Below are positions 60,191-64,000 of a DNA stretch of 64,000 nucleotides, piece after piece; position 1 is the stretch's first letter, and each line of letters opens with the position of its first letter. The stretch lies in assembly GCF_009914755.1 (NCBI RefSeq), contig NC_060939.1; one strand, 5' to 3'. The notes beneath the pieces are model-generated. The model ran no database searches. It saw only the letters and a program-made list of their open reading frames with translations, and was not told the DNA's origin. This DNA comes from the human T2T-CHM13v2.0 reference genome, Homo sapiens. The translations under genes were made by a program, and so were the position numbers.

Positions 60191-60510
60191 TCACGGAGCT
60201 CCTTCTCTAAAGCAAACAGGAGGATTTGTTTATGATACTTAGGTTTCTTAAGCACTGCTTTGTGGAACGTTTCTTTTAAGACACTTTATTTAGGGCAGGC
60301 TTGTTTTATCCATGCCCACTAGCTCTCAAAATAACTTTTACCATGTTCTTTTTAAAGATATAAAAGAAGAATATTCACGTCACTTTTTCATTCAAATGAA
60401 AGAATAGAGAAGTTTATAAGGGAATATATTTCCCTTTAGTCAACTGTGAAAGAAATTAGAAATAATGACAAGTAACACTATTCTCCTATGTAATAATTTT
60501 GTATTTTTAG

Positions 60511-60611
60511 GTGAACTGCCTGAATCAAGTAAAAAGTAGTCTCTTAAAAACTAGTAAAAGTCTTCGACAGAATCTAGGAAAAAAACTGGATAAGGAAGAC
60601 AAAGTTAGAGA
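60511..60611 (+). CDS. TICRR: TICRR coding exon 9
   Basis: ttttag|GTG; VNCLNQVK...DKVR; donor AGA|GTAAGT; 101 nt. Confidence 0.95.
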
Positions 60612-60689
60612 GTAAGTAACTACCATTTTTTAAAAAATCATCACTCTAAAAGCTGTGAGATTAGCTCGTATCAGTTTAAAATAGATTGT

Positions 60690-60999
60690 TCGTGACATGG
60701 TGGCTCATGCCTGTAATCCTAGTACCTTGGGAAGCCAAAGCAGGAGGATTGCTTGCAGCCAGGAATTTGAGGCCATCCTGGGCAATATAGTGAGACCGTG
60801 TCTACCAAAAAATTTTTTTTAATTAGGTGAGCATGGTGGTGTACACCTGTAGCCCTAGCTACTTGGGATGCTGAAGCTGGAGGATTGTTTGAGCCCAGGA
60901 GCTCAAGACTACTGTGAGCTATGATCCCAGTACTGCACTCTAGCCTGGGCAACAGAGCAAGACCCTGTCTCAGGAAAAAAAAAAAAAAAAAAAAAAAAA
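60690..60999 (+). mobile_element. AluJ
   Basis: Diverged dimer with long A tail. Confidence 0.83.
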
Positions 61000-61225
61000 G
61001 ATTACCAACTGCATGAAGATGCTTTTGTAGCCAATTCTTTTTTATGTTATAATATGCAGCTTGAATCACCTATTTATCTAATAACTACATCAGTTTTTAG
61101 AAAAGGCACTGGCTCTCCTCCTTTTTGGTTGTTGTGTCTTATATAAATAGATCTATGCTTACGGAAGGAGCTTTTTGTTTAGTGACATCCAAAGTAGATA
61201 TGACCAAGTATTTTTTTCTCTCAAG

Positions 61226-61319
61226 GTGCCAGCTTCAGGTATTTCTTCGTTTGGAGATGTGTCTGCAATGCCCTTCAATAAATGAAAGTACAGATGATAT
61301 GGAACAAGTAGTGGAGGAG
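61226..61319 (+). CDS. TICRR: TICRR coding exon 10 (ends at a GC donor)
   Basis: ctcaag|G; ECQLQVFLR...QVVEE; donor GAG|GCAAGT; 94 nt. Confidence 0.92.
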
Positions 61320-61416
61320 GCAAGTATATAGTTTCGTGCCATTGAAATACGCCCTAGATGCTTTCAGCTTCCCTGCAGAGGGCATCTATATAGTAACGTT
61401 CTAAAATCTCCTTCAG

Positions 61417-61496
61417 GTGACAGATTTGCTGCGCATGGTGTGTTTAACTGAGGATTCAGCGTACCTAGCAGAGTTTCTGGAGGAAATTTTGAGATT
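61417..61496 (+). CDS. TICRR: TICRR coding exon 11
   Basis: cttcag|GTG; VTDLLRMV...EILR; donor ATT|GTAAGT; 80 nt. Confidence 0.94.
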
Positions 61497-61664
61497 GTAA
61501 GTTTGATGGTTACTAACTTAACTTTAAAATTGTTTTGTCAAAACCTACGTATGGTGTTGTCTCTGAATTTTGGAGTTGTAAGGACTACTTCTTAGGCTGG
61601 GTGAGGGAGGGAATAGAGAGGGTAAGATGGTAACTGTTCCATATTCGATCAATCTGTTCCACAG

Positions 61665-61904
61665 GTATATTGACTCTATCCCAAAGACACTTGGAAATCT
61701 TTACAACAGCCTAGGGTTTGTGATTCCTCAGAAGCTGGCTGGTGTCCTTCCTACAGATTTTTTCAGTGATGACTCCATGACACAAGAGAACAAATCACCA
61801 CTTCTTTCTGTGCCTTTTTTGTCAAGTGCTCGTAGATCAGTGTCAGGCAGCCCTGAATCTGATGAACTGCAGGAACTTCGTACCAGATCAGCCAAGAAGA
61901 GAAG
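61665..61904 (+). CDS. TICRR: TICRR coding exon 12
   Basis: cacag|G; LYIDSIPK...SAKKR; donor AAG|GTAAGA; 240 nt, symmetric phase 2-2. Confidence 0.95.
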
Positions 61905-62100
61905 GTAAGAGGTCAAAGAATCAAAGGAATTATTTGCACTGTTATAGTTCTGATAAAAGATGTGTTTAAACTACAGTCCAGTCATCTTTGTCCATATAAT
62001 TTGTTGAACTAATAGCTGCCCTTATGTCTGAATCAGAGAAGCCAACTATTAGAGCTCCTAATAGGAGCATCTGACAATCTTTATATTATCTAGGAAATAT

Positions 62101-62409
62101 ATAGTCATGTTTTGCTTAACAACAGGGATACATCCTGAGAAATGCATTGTTAGGCAATTTTTGTTGTACTAACATCAGAGTGTGCCTACCAAAACCTAGA
62201 TAGTATATATTTTTTCATTTATGTATATTTTTTCATATGGAAAAGCTAATGTTCCAGCATTGTTACTGAATAGCAGTCATTTCCCCTACTTGATCTGTAA
62301 TGCCAATATCAAGTGTCATTTATTAGGTTTCTATATAGGCTCCATTATAACCTATGGGACCATTGTCATATATGCAGTTCGTCATTGAAGGAAACATTGC
62401 ATGACTGTA
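62101..62409. mobile_element. Tigger3-type DNA transposon
   Basis: Termini tagtcatg...catgactgta; cctgagaaatgcattgttaggc motif. Confidence 0.7.
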
Positions 62410-62723
62410 TAGTGTTTATTTCCTATTTCACAAAGTCTTCTTTACTGTCCACATGAGGTCTCCAGAAACTAGGTCTTCTATGAAATAAGCTTAGAGTTTC
62501 AGCTTTTTAAATTTCCCTTGATGCTTTTCGTTGTTCATAACTGGTTGAATTTGTTACTTTTGAAAATTCTGGGGTGACTTGTTTTATTATAAACCCAGAA
62601 CAACCTTAAGATAACTGGCTTTTATTTAAATCATATTTTATTTTACTTAGACTCCAGTTCCATTTGAATTTAACTATATATAACCTCTATCTAGTATGTA
62701 TTAACTATTTCTATTTTTAAAAG

Positions 62724-62820
62724 GAAAAATGCATTAATAAGACATAAAAGCATTGCTGAGGTTTCACAGAATCTTCGACAAATTGAAATTCCTAAAGTGT
62801 CAAAGAGAGCTACGAAAAAA
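62724..62820 (+). CDS. TICRR: TICRR coding exon 13
   Basis: tttaaaag|G; RKNALIRHK...RATKK; donor AAA|GTAAGT; 97 nt, ends codon 888. Confidence 0.93.
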
Positions 62821-63221
62821 GTAAGTAAACCTTCCAGCTTGAGATGACACAGTAAATAAGAACAAAAAGGCAGTGTCCCTACTTTTAGGAAAATGAACTT
62901 TGGAGGATACAGAAATAATATTAAATATTTTTATGAATGTGTATAAAACTATAATCCAAGGAATAAAGAAATATAAACTTGTCAAGAGATTAACAATTTT
63001 ACTCAAGAGTGTGATAGTTAGAGGTAATGTGAAGAAAAATGGCAAGTAAAAGTTAGGAATGAATTAATTCAAAATCTTTAATGTAGATAGGAAAACTCAT
63101 AAAACAATAACTAAAATAAGCAAAGCAGTCACTGGAAGAGAATATACAATTGTAAGTGGACTTTGGTTGCATACCAGAAGGTGCTTTTCAATATGTTATA
63201 TTTTACTTTAATAACAAATTT

Positions 63222-63515
63222 AGGCCAGGCACAGCGGCTCACACCTATAATCCCAGCACTTTGGGAGTCAGAGGAGGGAGGATAGTTTGACACCAACAGT
63301 CTGAGACCAGCCTGGACAACATAGCGAGACCCTGTCTCTACAAAAAATAAAATTAAGAAAAAATTAGCCAGGCATGGTGGCACATGCCTGTAGGCCCAGC
63401 TATTCAGGAGTCTAAGGCAGGGAGATTGCTTGAGCCCAGTAGGTCAAAGCTGCAATGAGCTATGATCGTGCCACTGCACTCCAGCCTGGGTGACAAAGCA
63501 AGACTTCATCTCTTA
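63222..63515 (+). mobile_element. AluJ
   Basis: Diverged Alu dimer. Confidence 0.85.
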
Positions 63516-63594
63516 AGTGAATTAATGAATGAATAAATGAATGAATAACAAGTTTTTTGAAAAAGATGATGACCATCATGGAGCCAGGAGGTGG

Positions 63595-63915
63595 AGTAGT
63601 CGCCCCTCATCTGCAGAAGATATGTTCCAAGACCCCCAGTGGATGCCTGAAACCACAGATAGTACTGAACCCTATATATAGTACTGTTTTTTCCTATGCA
63701 TGCATAAGTTCAATTTGTAAATTAGGCACAGTAAGAGATTAACAACAATAGTAAAATAGAACAATTATAGCAATATAATATAATAAAAGTTATGTGAATG
63801 TGGTCTTCCTCTCAAAATATCTTATTGTACTATATTCACCCATTTTGGGGCCATGGTTGACTATGGGAAACTGAAACCATGGAAAGTGAAATCACAGATA
63901 ATGGGGTACTATTGT
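63595..63915. mobile_element. Tigger2a/MER8-type DNA transposon
   Basis: gttccaagacccccagtggatgcctgaaacc...gaaaccatggaaagtgaaatcacagataatgggg. Confidence 0.75.
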
Positions 63916-64000
63916 TGTTTTTTTCATGGCAGTTGATATAAGGACTTGAGGTTTTTATTGGTTGAAAAAAAAATAAACCTAGCTGGAATCTGTTTACTAA

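Overview
Primate, almost certainly human, genomic DNA. It contains about 35 kb of repeat-rich intergenic sequence followed by the 5' part of TICRR (Treslin/C15orf42, the Sld3-like replication origin firing factor, 15q26.1) on the + strand. I could assemble 13 coding exons from ATG 35536 to 62820, giving 888 in-frame codons with consistent splice phases. The gene continues beyond the window. TICRR has a CpG-island promoter with six CCAAT boxes plus E2F, CHR and D-box-like motifs. The rest is about 55 Alu pieces, L1PA/L1M, L2, MIR, MaLR LTRs and DNA transposon relics. I see no new protein-coding gene or novel multi-gene system; nearly all ORFs in the track are Alu, L1 or L2 artefacts. The most interesting observations are: an ancient inverted duplication of a rearranged L1 relic bracketing exons 6-7; an L1PA insertion carrying a short 3' transduction; a GC-AG intron, a NAGNAG acceptor and in-frame competing splice sites in TICRR; a CTCF site with its upstream motif; a roughly 3 kb L2 relic; and several local duplications or templated insertions. 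Repeat boundaries and subfamily names were assigned by eye and are approximate.
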